Below the pieces are notes generated by a model. That model saw nothing but the letters and a program-made list of their open reading frames with translations, ran no database searches and was not told the origin of the DNA. From contig OY760907.1 in assembly GCA_963664195.1 (NCBI GenBank), forward strand, positions 3,072,001 through 3,136,000: 64,000 nt of DNA, given 5' to 3'. The DNA is from an uncultured candidate division Zixibacteria bacterium (lineage in GTDB: Bacteria > Zixibacteria > MSB-5A5 > GN15 > FEB-12). Positions 47,109 through 56,573 of this stretch are shown piece by piece (position 1 is the stretch's first letter; each line of letters begins with the position of its first letter). Position numbers and translations under genes: made by a program.

Positions 47109-48136
47109 TGGCTCGTGAACGGGTAGTAACCGGCGAACAACTCAGTTCCGATGAGGACCTGACCCAGTTCTCACTCCGTCCTCAGAGTCTTGCAGAGTAT
47201 GTGGGACAGAGTGAGTTATGCGAGAAATTGGAAGTGCTGGTTCAGGCGGCGAAAGGTCGTGGCGAACCGACCGAGCACCTGCTGCTCTACGGCCCTCCGG
47301 GACTTGGCAAGACAACTCTGGCGCACATTCTTGCGCACGAGATGCAGACGAAAATCATATCCACCTCGGGGCCGTCGTTGCAACGGGCGGGGGATTTGAT
47401 GGGGATTCTGACGAATCTCGCCGAGGGGGATATTCTCTTCATAGATGAAATCCATCGGTTGTCCTCAGTGATCGAGGAGTTCATTTATCCGGCGATGGAA
47501 GACTTCAAGGTTGATTTCGTCGTTGATAAAGGTGCGTTTGCCAAAGTGATCAATGTGCCGCTAAAACGGTTCACACTCATCGGTGCGACGACCAGGGCGG
47601 GAATGCTCTCCGCGCCGCTTCGGGATCGGTTTGGTCTGTATTATCATCTTGATTTCTACCCGCCAGAAGAACTGGCCCAGATTGTTCTTCGTTCGGCCAA
47701 ACTGCTCGAAATCGTGATCAACGAAGAGGCCGCGGGTCTGATTGCCGCGCGGTCACGGGGGACACCGCGCATTGCCAATCGTCTCCTCAGGCGGGTGCGG
47801 GATTACGCGTCAGTCAAGGGGAACGGAAAGATCGATGCCGAGATCGCAGTGGTTTCGCTGGACAAAGAGGGAATCGACGGCGCCGGGCTTGATCCGCTGG
47901 ATCGCAAGTTGCTTGAGACTATTATCAAGTACTACAACGGCGGGCCGGTGGGCATTGAGGCTTTGGGAGCCACGCTCAACGAAGAAGTAGATACGCTGGT
48001 GGATATGGTCGAGCCGTTTTTGCTCAAGATCGGGTTTCTCCAGCGTACCAAACGTGGGCGGATGGCGTCGGCCTCGGCGGCGAAACATCTTGATATGAAA
48101 CTCAACAACGGGTCCGGGCAATCCAGTCTGTTCTAG
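47108..48136 (+). CDS. ruvB: Holliday junction branch migration helicase
   Basis: LRPQSLAEYVGQ, GPPGLGKTT, FIDEIHRL, GATTRAG, RGTPRIANRLLRRVRD. Confidence 0.98.
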   Translation: MARERVVTGEQLSSDEDLTQFSLRPQSLAEYVGQSELCEKLEVLVQAAKGRGEPTEHLLLYGPPGLGKTTLAHILAHEMQTKIISTSGPSLQRAGDLMGILTNLAEGDILFIDEIHRLSSVIEEFIYPAMEDFKVDFVVDKGAFAKVINVPLKRFTLIGATTRAGMLSAPLRDRFGLYYHLDFYPPEELAQIVLRSAKLLEIVINEEAAGLIAARSRGTPRIANRLLRRVRDYASVKGNGKIDAEIAVVSLDKEGIDGAGLDPLDRKLLETIIKYYNGGPVGIEALGATLNEEVDTLVDMVEPFLLKIGFLQRTKRGRMASASAAKHLDMKLNNGSGQSSLF

Positions 48137-48179
48137 ATTGCGATTGACTCAATCTGCTATGATCCGGTTTTCAACTGCA

Positions 48180-48770
48180 ATGACGAAGATTCTTGTTCTG
48201 ATGCTGATGACAGTCGTGTTCGTTGTTGGGTGCGGCAATGACGAACCGATCGCGCCGGCTCCGGCTGCAGCGGACGGCGTGATTATGCCGCTGGCGGTGA
48301 ACAACAAATGGGTGTACGACGTCATGCAGTATGACATTGGCGGAATGCTTGTGGACGAATGGACCGATAGCTTGATCCTCGAGGACTCGGGTACAGTGAC
48401 GACTGACATCTGGTTTGTCGACGACGGTGACAGCTATTACGCCAATCGCGCTGACGGTCTCTGGTTTCGAGCCGCCTCGGGTGGCAGCGTATCGCTCCTT
48501 TTCAAGTATCCCGCCAACGTCAACGATGTCTGGCCGGGGAGCGGCTACGCGATGTTGCTGGAATCAAAAACGGCTGCAACCTCAGTGCCGCTTGGCAGTT
48601 ATACTTGTTATCAGTATGTGCGGGAGTATCCATCGGGAACGGGCCTCGGGATGGAGTTCTACTATCTCGTGCCGGACACGGGCATTGTGCGGTACGAAAA
48701 GCGTGATTCAAGCAACGGGTTTGTCGAAGAGATTGGACTGTTGCGAGAGGTTATTCTCCAGGACCAGTGA
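48180..48770 (+). CDS. hypothetical lipoprotein
   Basis: Lipobox VVGC; MPLAVNNKWVY...VPLGSY...VPDTGIVRYE; extended -10 TGCTATGAT at 48155-48163. Confidence 0.7.
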   Translation: MTKILVLMLMTVVFVVGCGNDEPIAPAPAAADGVIMPLAVNNKWVYDVMQYDIGGMLVDEWTDSLILEDSGTVTTDIWFVDDGDSYYANRADGLWFRAASGGSVSLLFKYPANVNDVWPGSGYAMLLESKTAATSVPLGSYTCYQYVREYPSGTGLGMEFYYLVPDTGIVRYEKRDSSNGFVEEIGLLREVILQDQ

Positions 48771-48777
48771 AAATAGT

Positions 48778-49044
48778 ATGAGTGATTCCGAAAAGAAATA
48801 CGATGCTGAAAAAGTCAACGAAGTGCTAGCCGAAGAGACGGTCAAGTTCCGTGACAAACTCGCTATGACAACCGGCGAGACGTTGACGGTGGGGGATACT
48901 CGAGTCGCACTCAACGCGCTTGAGGATTTCATGAACGGCAAATCGATGCTCGGAGTGCTCAGTCCCAACCAGAAGAAACTGTTCGATCTCTGGATTCGGC
49001 GTCTGAAGAAACTGAACGACGGGTCGGACAAGGAAAACGACTGA
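48778..49044 (+). CDS. small hypothetical protein (88 aa)
   Basis: ATG 48778 (MSDSEKKYDAEKV...) fills the gap between the lipoprotein and queA; only the 3' part of the ORF-track call is credible. Confidence 0.6.
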   Translation: MSDSEKKYDAEKVNEVLAEETVKFRDKLAMTTGETLTVGDTRVALNALEDFMNGKSMLGVLSPNQKKLFDLWIRRLKKLNDGSDKEND

Positions 49045-49045
49045 C

Positions 49046-50089
49046 GTGGATATCTCCCTTTTTGATTACGACCTGCCAGACAGACTCATCGCCCAGTTTC
49101 CGGCTCGAAAGCGTGAGGAGTCCCGGCTGTTGCTGCTGGACCGCGGCAACGGGTCAGGAGTGCAGCACAGTCAATTCAGGAGCGTGGTGAATTACCTGAG
49201 GAAGGGTGACGCGCTGGTGGTCAACAACACGCGCGTGTTTAAGGCAAGATTGTACGGGCGTCGTGTAACCGGAGGGAAGGCGGAGATATTTCTGATCCGA
49301 CGGCTGGAAGACCAGCCGGGGGAAATCTGGGAGGCGCTGGCGCGGCCTTCGCGACGGCTCAAGCCGGGGGAAGAGGTTCTATTCGACGACGGCAAGTCGG
49401 TCGTTCTCAAGGCTGATCTGAACAACGGCCGGTGGCATGTCGAGTTTACATCGCGCACTGCCTGTGAGCGGATTATCAGTCGACACGGTCACATTCCTTT
49501 GCCGCAGTATATAGGGAGAGATGATCAACCCTCGGACATCCGTCGATATCAGACAGTGTATGCGGATAAGGAGAAAACCGGCGCTGTTGCGGCTCCGACC
49601 GCGGGATTCCATTTCACACGGAGGATTCTGGATGAGTTGCGGGCCAATGGCGTGAAGGTGATCGAGCTTACGCTTCATGTGGGGCCGGGGACGTTCAAAC
49701 CGATCACGGCCGATGATATCAATCAACATACGGTCGATGCGGAGTTTGCTGAGTTGTCGCCTGATGCTGCCCGGAGGTTGAACAGTGTTCGCTCGAATGG
49801 GGGATCGGTATTCGCCGTTGGGACCACGAGTGTGCGAACGCTGGAAGCTGCTTCGATTGAAGACGGCAAGATTGTCCCGTTTTCCCGGATGGTTGACCTG
49901 TATATCAAGCCGGGATACAAGTTCCGAGTCGTTGATCACATGGTGACCAATTTTCATTTGCCCAAATCCTCGCTGCTGGTGCTGGTGTCGGCATTTGCGG
50001 GCCGTGAGAGGATTGTCGAGGCGTACCGTGAGGCGGTCGCTGAGGAGTACCGTTTCTACAGCTACGGCGACGCCATGCTCATCTTATAA
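49046..50089 (+). CDS. queA: S-adenosylmethionine:tRNA ribosyltransferase-isomerase
   Basis: FDYDLP..LIAQFP, PLPQYI, YQTVYA, AVAAPTAGFHF, TNFHLPKSSL, YRFYSYGDAM. Confidence 0.98.
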   Translation: MDISLFDYDLPDRLIAQFPARKREESRLLLLDRGNGSGVQHSQFRSVVNYLRKGDALVVNNTRVFKARLYGRRVTGGKAEIFLIRRLEDQPGEIWEALARPSRRLKPGEEVLFDDGKSVVLKADLNNGRWHVEFTSRTACERIISRHGHIPLPQYIGRDDQPSDIRRYQTVYADKEKTGAVAAPTAGFHFTRRILDELRANGVKVIELTLHVGPGTFKPITADDINQHTVDAEFAELSPDAARRLNSVRSNGGSVFAVGTTSVRTLEAASIEDGKIVPFSRMVDLYIKPGYKFRVVDHMVTNFHLPKSSLLVLVSAFAGRERIVEAYREAVAEEYRFYSYGDAMLIL

Positions 50090-50131
50090 AAGGCTTTTGC
50101 GGTCTTTCAATCCGGCCTATATTCCGCGTCT

Positions 50132-50830
50132 ATGAAGACTTGTGCCATAATAGTCGCTGCCGGAAACTCTGTCCGATACGGGGGAGCGGTTCCGAAGCAG
50201 TTTCGCGAGATTTGCGGCCGTCCGATGCTGGCCTGGACGATCAGTCGTTTCGAAAAGGCGTCCTCGATAGATGAAATCGCTCTCGTAGTGGCCGAGGACT
50301 ATATGCTGTATGCCAGCGAGAATGTGGTCGATAAGTTTGGTCTCAACAAGGTGAATCGAATCGTCCCCGGCGGAGAGACGCGGCAGGAATCGGTACTGAA
50401 GGGACTGGAGCGGCTGCCGATTTCGACTCAACTGGTGGCAATTGCAGACGGTGCCCGTCCGCTGACAGCCCCGGGTGACATTGATGCGGTGGTTGCAGTG
50501 GCTGCGAAGGATCAGGCAGCCATACTGGCGGCGCGAACCACCGACACGGTCAAGCGGGCCGAACAGGGGTACGTTTTTGCAACCTTAGATCGCAGATCGC
50601 TGTTTTTGGCACAAACGCCTCAGGTGTTTCAGTATGACCTCATTGTCGAGGCGCACCGTCAGGCGGCAAAGAGTGGCGATGAGTTTACAGATGATGCTTC
50701 GTTGATTGAGGCCCGTGGATTCAAAGTGAAAATAGTCGAGCCGACGGCAATCAACCCGAAAGTGACAACTCCGCAGGATATGCTGATTGCCGAGGCGATA
50801 TTGAGGGGAGTGGTAGATGATCAGTCATAG
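50132..50830 (+). CDS. ispD: 2-C-methyl-D-erythritol 4-phosphate cytidylyltransferase
   Basis: AAGNSVRYG..PKQF, GGETRQESV, DGARP, AQTPQVF, TDDASL. Confidence 0.95.
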   Translation: MKTCAIIVAAGNSVRYGGAVPKQFREICGRPMLAWTISRFEKASSIDEIALVVAEDYMLYASENVVDKFGLNKVNRIVPGGETRQESVLKGLERLPISTQLVAIADGARPLTAPGDIDAVVAVAAKDQAAILAARTTDTVKRAEQGYVFATLDRRSLFLAQTPQVFQYDLIVEAHRQAAKSGDEFTDDASLIEARGFKVKIVEPTAINPKVTTPQDMLIAEAILRGVVDDQS

Positions 50831-51320
50831 CGACATGAATGTGAGAATCGGTCACGGCTACGATGTCCATCGGTTGGTGACGGGACGCAAGCTGATTGTT
50901 GGCGGGGTGGAGATTCCGCACAACAAGGGGCTTGACGGCCATAGTGACGCCGATGTTCTGTTGCACGCAATCTGCGACGCGCTTCTTGGTGCGGCAGGTT
51001 TGGACGATATCGGGCAGCATTTTCCGCCCAATGATGACGAGTACAAAAACGCGGACTCGCTGGAGTTGTTGGAGCGGGTGGCAGCGATGATCCGCAAGTG
51101 CGGGTACGACCGGATCGGCAACGTGGATTGTGTGATTATGGCGGAGGAGCCGAAGATGAATCCGCACGTCTCCGAGATGAAGCGAAAGATTGCTCTAGTG
51201 CTCGGAGTTGGTCTGTCTCAGGTTGGAATCAAAGCGACGACGACAGAGAAGCTCGGGTATGTTGGCAAGGGAGAAGGCATCGCCGCCTCTGCCGTCTGTC
51301 TGATCGGCAAGAAGGGATGA
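50817..51320 (+). CDS. ispF: 2-C-methyl-D-erythritol 2,4-cyclodiphosphate synthase
   Basis: RIGHGYDVH, GHSDADVLLHA, DIGQHFP, KATTTEKLG; alternative ATG at 50835. Confidence 0.97.
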   Translation: MISHSDMNVRIGHGYDVHRLVTGRKLIVGGVEIPHNKGLDGHSDADVLLHAICDALLGAAGLDDIGQHFPPNDDEYKNADSLELLERVAAMIRKCGYDRIGNVDCVIMAEEPKMNPHVSEMKRKIALVLGVGLSQVGIKATTTEKLGYVGKGEGIAASAVCLIGKKG

Positions 51321-51332
51321 TCTCGTACGTTT

Positions 51333-51965
51333 ATGAGTGAATCACTGGCCATCATCAACGAATATCTTGATAAGGCGTTTATGTACGGTCCGTTCTGGGC
51401 GTACTTCGTGATTTTCGCAGCCTGCTTCATCGAGAATATCGCTCCGCCGTTTCCGGGTGACAGTTTCATTGTGGCGACCGGGGGATTGGTGGCTGTGCAC
51501 CGGATTGATCCTCTCTACGGGTTGATGGCGATTCTCATTGGCGGGATGGCCTCGATCATGTTCTATTACTATCTGGGCCGCCGGTTTGGCCGTGATTATT
51601 TCATGCGGAAGAACTTCCGGTTCTTTTCAGCGGAAGATATTGTCGAGATGGAAGGACGGTTTCAACGACGCGGTGGACTGTTGCTCGTAGCTTCGCGGTT
51701 CATAGTAGGTTTTCGGGTAGCACTGGCTCTGGCGGCGGGTATCGGGAAGTATCCGGCGGGACGGATGTTTACCTATACGTTGATTTCGTACATCCTGTTT
51801 TCGAGCCTGCTAATGTATCTAGGATTCAAGCTGGTGGAGAATTTTGACCGGATCGGGTACTATTTCAAGACATATAACTACATAGGTTGGCCGATAGTTA
51901 TTGGGATCATTCTGATATGGGGGATCAGGCGTTATCGCAAGATTCGTGAAAGGAACGGCTCATGA
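51333..51965 (+). CDS. DedA family membrane protein
   Basis: FIENIAPPFPGDS, YYLGRRFG, SRFIVGFR. Confidence 0.9.
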   Translation: MSESLAIINEYLDKAFMYGPFWAYFVIFAACFIENIAPPFPGDSFIVATGGLVAVHRIDPLYGLMAILIGGMASIMFYYYLGRRFGRDYFMRKNFRFFSAEDIVEMEGRFQRRGGLLLVASRFIVGFRVALALAAGIGKYPAGRMFTYTLISYILFSSLLMYLGFKLVENFDRIGYYFKTYNYIGWPIVIGIILIWGIRRYRKIRERNGS

Positions 51966-52972
51966 ACGTGTTGCTACTGGCCGGCGGCGACTCCAGTGAG
52001 AAAGAGATTTCGTTTTCTTCGGCAGTTACAATCCACGGCGCGCTGGAACGACTGGGACATCAGGTCACGGTGCTGGACCCGGCAATGGGGCAGAAGCTTC
52101 TTTGCTGCGACGGGGCGTTTATGCCGCTGGGGGGCGATGAGGCAACAGAAGCAGGTGTGAACCCATCGGTGCTCAGAACACTGGCTGGCTATTCGTACGA
52201 CGGCGTTGATGTCGTGATGATTGCGCTCCACGGTGGGTTTGGCGAAAACGGTGGAGTACAGAATATTCTGCAAATGGCCGGACAAAAATACACCGGCTCC
52301 GGCATGACCGCCTCAGCGGCCGCGATGAACAAGGCGATGGCCAAAAGGCTGATGTCTTCGGTGGAAGTGCTCACGCCTCGCTGGGGATTCTGCAAGGTGG
52401 AGACGCAGGAAGATGCCGAAGAGTTGGTGGGGCATGTTACGCAGAGCTTCGGATTCCCGCTGATAATTAAACCGAACGATGGTGGCTCGACGGTCGGTCT
52501 GACGAAAGTGAACGATCCCTCAGGCGTGGCGGCCGCAATTGCCGAATCGCTGAAGTATTCGCCCGAAGTGCTGATTGAGGCATATGTCGCGGGTCGCGAG
52601 TTGACGGTCTCGGTATTCGACGGACAGGCATACCCGGTGGTGGAAATCCGGCCCGGAAACGAATTGTATGACTACGAGGCGAAGTACACCAGGGGGAAGA
52701 GCAACTATCTGGCGCCGGCGCCGATTGAGGATGACCTGGCGGAGAGAGTTCAGGATGCGGCAGTGCGCGTCTATGACGCTGTCGGGGCCGAGGGGCTGGC
52801 GCGGATTGACTTCATTCTGGGCGATGACGGTGATTTCTATTGTCTTGAAATCAACACGCTGCCGGGGATGACGGCGTTGTCATTGTCACCAATGGCCTTC
52901 AAGTGTGAAGGGATTGAGTTCGACGGGTTGATTGCTATGATCCTTGACGCGGCGCTGAAACGGAAAGAATAG
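51962..52972 (+). CDS. ddl: D-alanine--D-alanine ligase
   Basis: GGDSSEKEIS, ALHGGFGENG, IKPNDGGST, YDYEAKY, EINTLPGMT. Confidence 0.95.
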   Translation: MNVLLLAGGDSSEKEISFSSAVTIHGALERLGHQVTVLDPAMGQKLLCCDGAFMPLGGDEATEAGVNPSVLRTLAGYSYDGVDVVMIALHGGFGENGGVQNILQMAGQKYTGSGMTASAAAMNKAMAKRLMSSVEVLTPRWGFCKVETQEDAEELVGHVTQSFGFPLIIKPNDGGSTVGLTKVNDPSGVAAAIAESLKYSPEVLIEAYVAGRELTVSVFDGQAYPVVEIRPGNELYDYEAKYTRGKSNYLAPAPIEDDLAERVQDAAVRVYDAVGAEGLARIDFILGDDGDFYCLEINTLPGMTALSLSPMAFKCEGIEFDGLIAMILDAALKRKE

Positions 52973-52974
52973 GT

Positions 52975-53712
52975 ATGGACAAGATTAAGCCAAAAGCGAT
53001 CATATTCGATCTTGGGTCGACTTTGATAGAATACGAGGTGATTCCCTGGGACGAACTGGGGATTGAATGCGCCGAATCCGGCCGCAAGTTTCTCGTCGAT
53101 CGGGGATATGACCTGCCGGAGGGGAACGGGTTTTTCGAAGCCTTCTGCGAGATTCGAGATACGTACCGCGAAGTTGCTCAGGAGCAGCTCGTTGAGTGGG
53201 ATGTCCCGACGGTTGCTTCAAAGCTGTTTGAGAAGCTGGGGATGATCTGGAACGATGATCTGGTTGACGCCTTCTTCGACGCCTATTATAAGCCGGTGGA
53301 CAAGCGTTTGTACGTTTATGACGACGTGCCGGACACGCTCGAAAAACTGAAAGCGGTCTATCCGGTAATGGGGTTGGTATCGAACACGGTCTTTCCTGAG
53401 CGGGCGCATTTACATGAATTGAAGCGGTTCGGGATTGAATCGTATCTGGACTTTACAGTGTTTTCATCGACGTTCAGACTTCGGAAACCGCACCCGGATA
53501 TCTTTTACCACGCGGTCAATCTGGCCGGGTTTGCGCCTTCTGAGTGCGTTTATGTCGGGGATCGGTATATTGAAGACATTCAGGGACCCACGGAGATTGG
53601 CATGCATGCTATTTTGAAGGTCAAAGAGGGGCGGGAGTATCCGGAAGAGATGCCGTTGCTCAGGCGCAGGATTGACGCGTTTGCGGAGTTAATGGATCAT
53701 CTGGAAACGTAA
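52975..53712 (+). CDS. HAD family hydrolase
   Basis: IFDLGSTL, LVSNT, RKPHPDIF, YVGDRYIEDI. Confidence 0.88.
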   Translation: MDKIKPKAIIFDLGSTLIEYEVIPWDELGIECAESGRKFLVDRGYDLPEGNGFFEAFCEIRDTYREVAQEQLVEWDVPTVASKLFEKLGMIWNDDLVDAFFDAYYKPVDKRLYVYDDVPDTLEKLKAVYPVMGLVSNTVFPERAHLHELKRFGIESYLDFTVFSSTFRLRKPHPDIFYHAVNLAGFAPSECVYVGDRYIEDIQGPTEIGMHAILKVKEGREYPEEMPLLRRRIDAFAELMDHLET

Positions 53713-53816
53713 TGTTGCCGTCGCGGTTGCTTTTTCAAAGAGAGAGCTATATATTTGCCGGACTTGCCGTTGGGTAGAATCTGATTCGCAGAAACTTACA
53801 GTCTTGAGGTGATATA

Positions 53817-54893
53817 GTGGATAACACAGAACTGTTGTTAAAAGAGTTGACCGAGGCCAACGGTGTCTCCGGTTATGAAAAAGACGTTCGGGCTATTATG
53901 ACCCGTGAGTTGGGGGAAACAACGGAGAAGATCGAGTATGATAAAATGGGCTCGATCATGGGTGAAAAGAAGGGCACCGGCGAGTCCCCGCGCGTGATGG
54001 TGGTCGGACACATGGACGAAATCGGGTTCATGGTCAAGGAAATCACCAAGGAAGGGTACATTAAGTTCCTGGCGCTCGGCGGTTGGTGGGGACATGTGGC
54101 GCTGGGCCAGCGGATGCGTGTCATTACTTCCAAAGGTCCGGTTCTTGGCGTGATCGGTTCTACGCCGCCTCATCTTCTGCCGATGGAAGACCGCAAGAAA
54201 GTGCTCGAAGTCAAAGATATGTTTATCGATGTCGGCGTGCAGGAGAAGTACGATGTCAAGAAGAAGCTCGGGATCAAGGTCGGTGATCCGATTATCCCGG
54301 AATCAGAGTTTACGATCATGGGCAACAACAAGATGTATATGGCGAAGGCGTTCGACAACCGCATGGCCTGTGCTGTTGTGGTCGACGTGTTGAAGAAACT
54401 CCAGCGGGTGAAGCACCCGAATACCGTTCTCGGTTGCGGATCGGTGCAGGAAGAAGTTGGTCTTCGCGGTGCCCAGACTCTGGCCCAGTTGGCCAATCCT
54501 GATGTTTGTGTCGTTTGCGATACCGGCATCGGACAGGACATCCCGCCGGATGGATTCTCCAAGGATGAGAAGCTGGGCGCCGGTCCGGCCATTCTCGTGT
54601 ATGACGGCGGCATGATTCCCAATATCGGCCTTCGCGATCTTGTGATCAAGACAGCCGATGAGAAGAAAATCCCGTTCCACCTTACCTATATGGAACGTGG
54701 TGCTACCGACGGCGGCAGAATCCACCTGAGCCGTATCGGTGTGCCGACAATAGTGATAGGACCGGCGGTGAGATATATCCACAGCCATAATTCTATTATG
54801 AATCGTACCGATTATGATAATACAGTCAAGCTGATAGTAGAGACGATCAAGAAGCTTGACAAGAAGACAGTTGCCCAACTTACGGAGGCCTGA
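53817..54893 (+). CDS. M42 family metallo-aminopeptidase
   Basis: GVSGYE, HMDEIG, KAFDNR, VQEEVGLRGA, ATDGG, RYIHS. Confidence 0.95.
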   Translation: MDNTELLLKELTEANGVSGYEKDVRAIMTRELGETTEKIEYDKMGSIMGEKKGTGESPRVMVVGHMDEIGFMVKEITKEGYIKFLALGGWWGHVALGQRMRVITSKGPVLGVIGSTPPHLLPMEDRKKVLEVKDMFIDVGVQEKYDVKKKLGIKVGDPIIPESEFTIMGNNKMYMAKAFDNRMACAVVVDVLKKLQRVKHPNTVLGCGSVQEEVGLRGAQTLAQLANPDVCVVCDTGIGQDIPPDGFSKDEKLGAGPAILVYDGGMIPNIGLRDLVIKTADEKKIPFHLTYMERGATDGGRIHLSRIGVPTIVIGPAVRYIHSHNSIMNRTDYDNTVKLIVETIKKLDKKTVAQLTEA

Positions 54894-54899
54894 GTAGCC

Positions 54900-56294
54900 A
54901 TGCCATTGGTGTTCAAAAACAGCTTCACGCGTGCCAAGGAAGAGTTCAAGCCGATTGATGACGGGAAAGTCCGCATGTACACCTGCGGGCCGACGGTCTA
55001 CGGCTTTGCCCACATTGGTAACTTCCGGACGTTTATCTTTGAGGACCTGCTCAGGCGTTACCTGAAGTACAAAGGGTACGAGATTACGCATGTGATGAAC
55101 CTGACGGATATCGATGACAAGACGATCCGTGATTCGCAGGCCGAGGGGATTTCACTCAAGGAATTCACTACCCGGTACACAAAGGCGTTTTTTGAAGACC
55201 TTGATACTCTGGGCATTGAACGGGCCGAGCACTATCCGGCCGCTACGGATCATGTTGACGAAATGGTGGCCATGATCAAGAAGTTGGTTGAACGCGGTAT
55301 GGCCTACGAGGTTGACGGCAACTACTACTTCAAAATAGCTGCTTTCCCGAACTACGGTAAACTGGCAAATCTTGATATGGCCGGTCTGAAGGCTGGTGCG
55401 CGGGTTGCCTCAGACGAATACGAGAAAGACTCGGTGTCGGACTTTGCGTTGTGGAAGGCCTGGGATGAGGCTGACGGCGATGTTTATTTCGAGACTGAGA
55501 TTGGCAAAGGCCGTCCGGGCTGGCACATTGAGTGTTCGGCCATGTCGATGAAATATCTTGGCCAGCATTTTGACATTCATACGGGTGGCGTGGACAACAT
55601 GTTCCCGCACCATGAAAACGAGATTGCGCAATCGGAAGGGGCGAACGATAAAAAGTTTGTCAACTACTGGATGCACAGTGAGTATTTGCTGGTTGACGGG
55701 CGCAAGATGTCCAAATCGATGGGGAATTTCTTCACGCTTCGGGATATCATCGAGAAGGGATACTCCGGAGTTGTCATGCGGTATATGCTCATGGCGACGC
55801 ATTACCGTCAGCAGTTGAATTTTACGTTCGATGGCCTCGAGGCGGACCGCAAGGCGCTTGACCGATACAACGATTTCATCTCGAACCTGTCGGACTACGC
55901 CGGTGGTGAGTCGAGTGGGGAAGCCTCGGAGATCACGAAGAAGTTGCTGACCGGTTTCGAGACTCACCTTGACGACGATCTCAATATCTCCGGTGCACTG
56001 GGCGATGTCTTTGATTTCATCCGCGATATCAACCGATTGAAAGCTGAGAACAAGCTTTCGGTTGAAGAGCGAGATGAGGCACTGGCGGCGATGCGTAAGA
56101 TTGACACGGTGTTGGCATTCGAGCAGAAACAGGAGATGATCGACGCTGATATCGAGGCGCTGATTGTCGAGCGTACCGAGGCACGCAAGAGCAAGGATTT
56201 CGCCAGGGCGGATGAGATTCGTGATGAACTGCTGGTGCAGGGGATTGTTCTTGAGGATACCGCCCAGGGCGTGAAGTGGAAACGAAAGGTCTGA
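54900..56294 (+). CDS. cysS: cysteine--tRNA ligase
   Basis: CGPTVY..HIGN, DFALWK, GRPGWHIECSAMS, FPHHENE, KMSKS. Confidence 0.98.
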   Translation: MPLVFKNSFTRAKEEFKPIDDGKVRMYTCGPTVYGFAHIGNFRTFIFEDLLRRYLKYKGYEITHVMNLTDIDDKTIRDSQAEGISLKEFTTRYTKAFFEDLDTLGIERAEHYPAATDHVDEMVAMIKKLVERGMAYEVDGNYYFKIAAFPNYGKLANLDMAGLKAGARVASDEYEKDSVSDFALWKAWDEADGDVYFETEIGKGRPGWHIECSAMSMKYLGQHFDIHTGGVDNMFPHHENEIAQSEGANDKKFVNYWMHSEYLLVDGRKMSKSMGNFFTLRDIIEKGYSGVVMRYMLMATHYRQQLNFTFDGLEADRKALDRYNDFISNLSDYAGGESSGEASEITKKLLTGFETHLDDDLNISGALGDVFDFIRDINRLKAENKLSVEERDEALAAMRKIDTVLAFEQKQEMIDADIEALIVERTEARKSKDFARADEIRDELLVQGIVLEDTAQGVKWKRKV

Positions 56295-56330
56295 TAAGAC
56301 CGTCAAGCAGACTGAAAGTGAGAAATGGAC

Positions 56331-56359
56331 TTGACGTTTTCGTTAAGTTGTGATAGTTT
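56331..56359 (+). promoter_or_regulatory. promoter of tRNA-Thr
   Basis: TTGACG-N17-TAGTTT with TG extension, 17 nt before the tRNA. Confidence 0.6.
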
Positions 56360-56376
56360 CTCAGGCTCCAAGCCAA

Positions 56377-56449
56377 GCCGGCGTAGCTCAGTTGGTAGAG
56401 CAGCTGATTTGTAATCAGCAGGTCATCAGTTCGAGTCTGTTCGCCGGCT
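56377..56449 (+). tRNA. tRNA-Thr(TGT)
   Basis: Acceptor stem GCCGGCG/CGCCGGC; D-arm TAGCTCAGTTGGTAGAGC; anticodon stem GCTGA/TCAGC with loop TTTGTAA; GTTCGAGT T-loop; CCA not encoded. Confidence 0.96.
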
Positions 56450-56573
56450 CTTTTTTTGCCTGAAAAACCGATTAAGATGTTTTTGTTTACTTGGATTGCG
56501 AACAGGGATACCGTCAACTGGATAGATATGGGTGACCATGATTCGGCGCAGTCTGCGTCGACTGGAGACTTCC

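Noticed and set aside
48415..48777. 5' part of the 209-aa ORF 48415-49044
   Set aside because: Overlaps the lipoprotein gene in another frame; only the portion from ATG 48778 is credible
51962..52972. Glycopeptide-resistance (D-Ala-D-Lac) ligase linked to the VanZ-like gene
   Set aside because: Omega-loop YDYEAKY is the D-Ala-D-Ala type, no vanH or vanX is present, and the genes are about 48 kb apart
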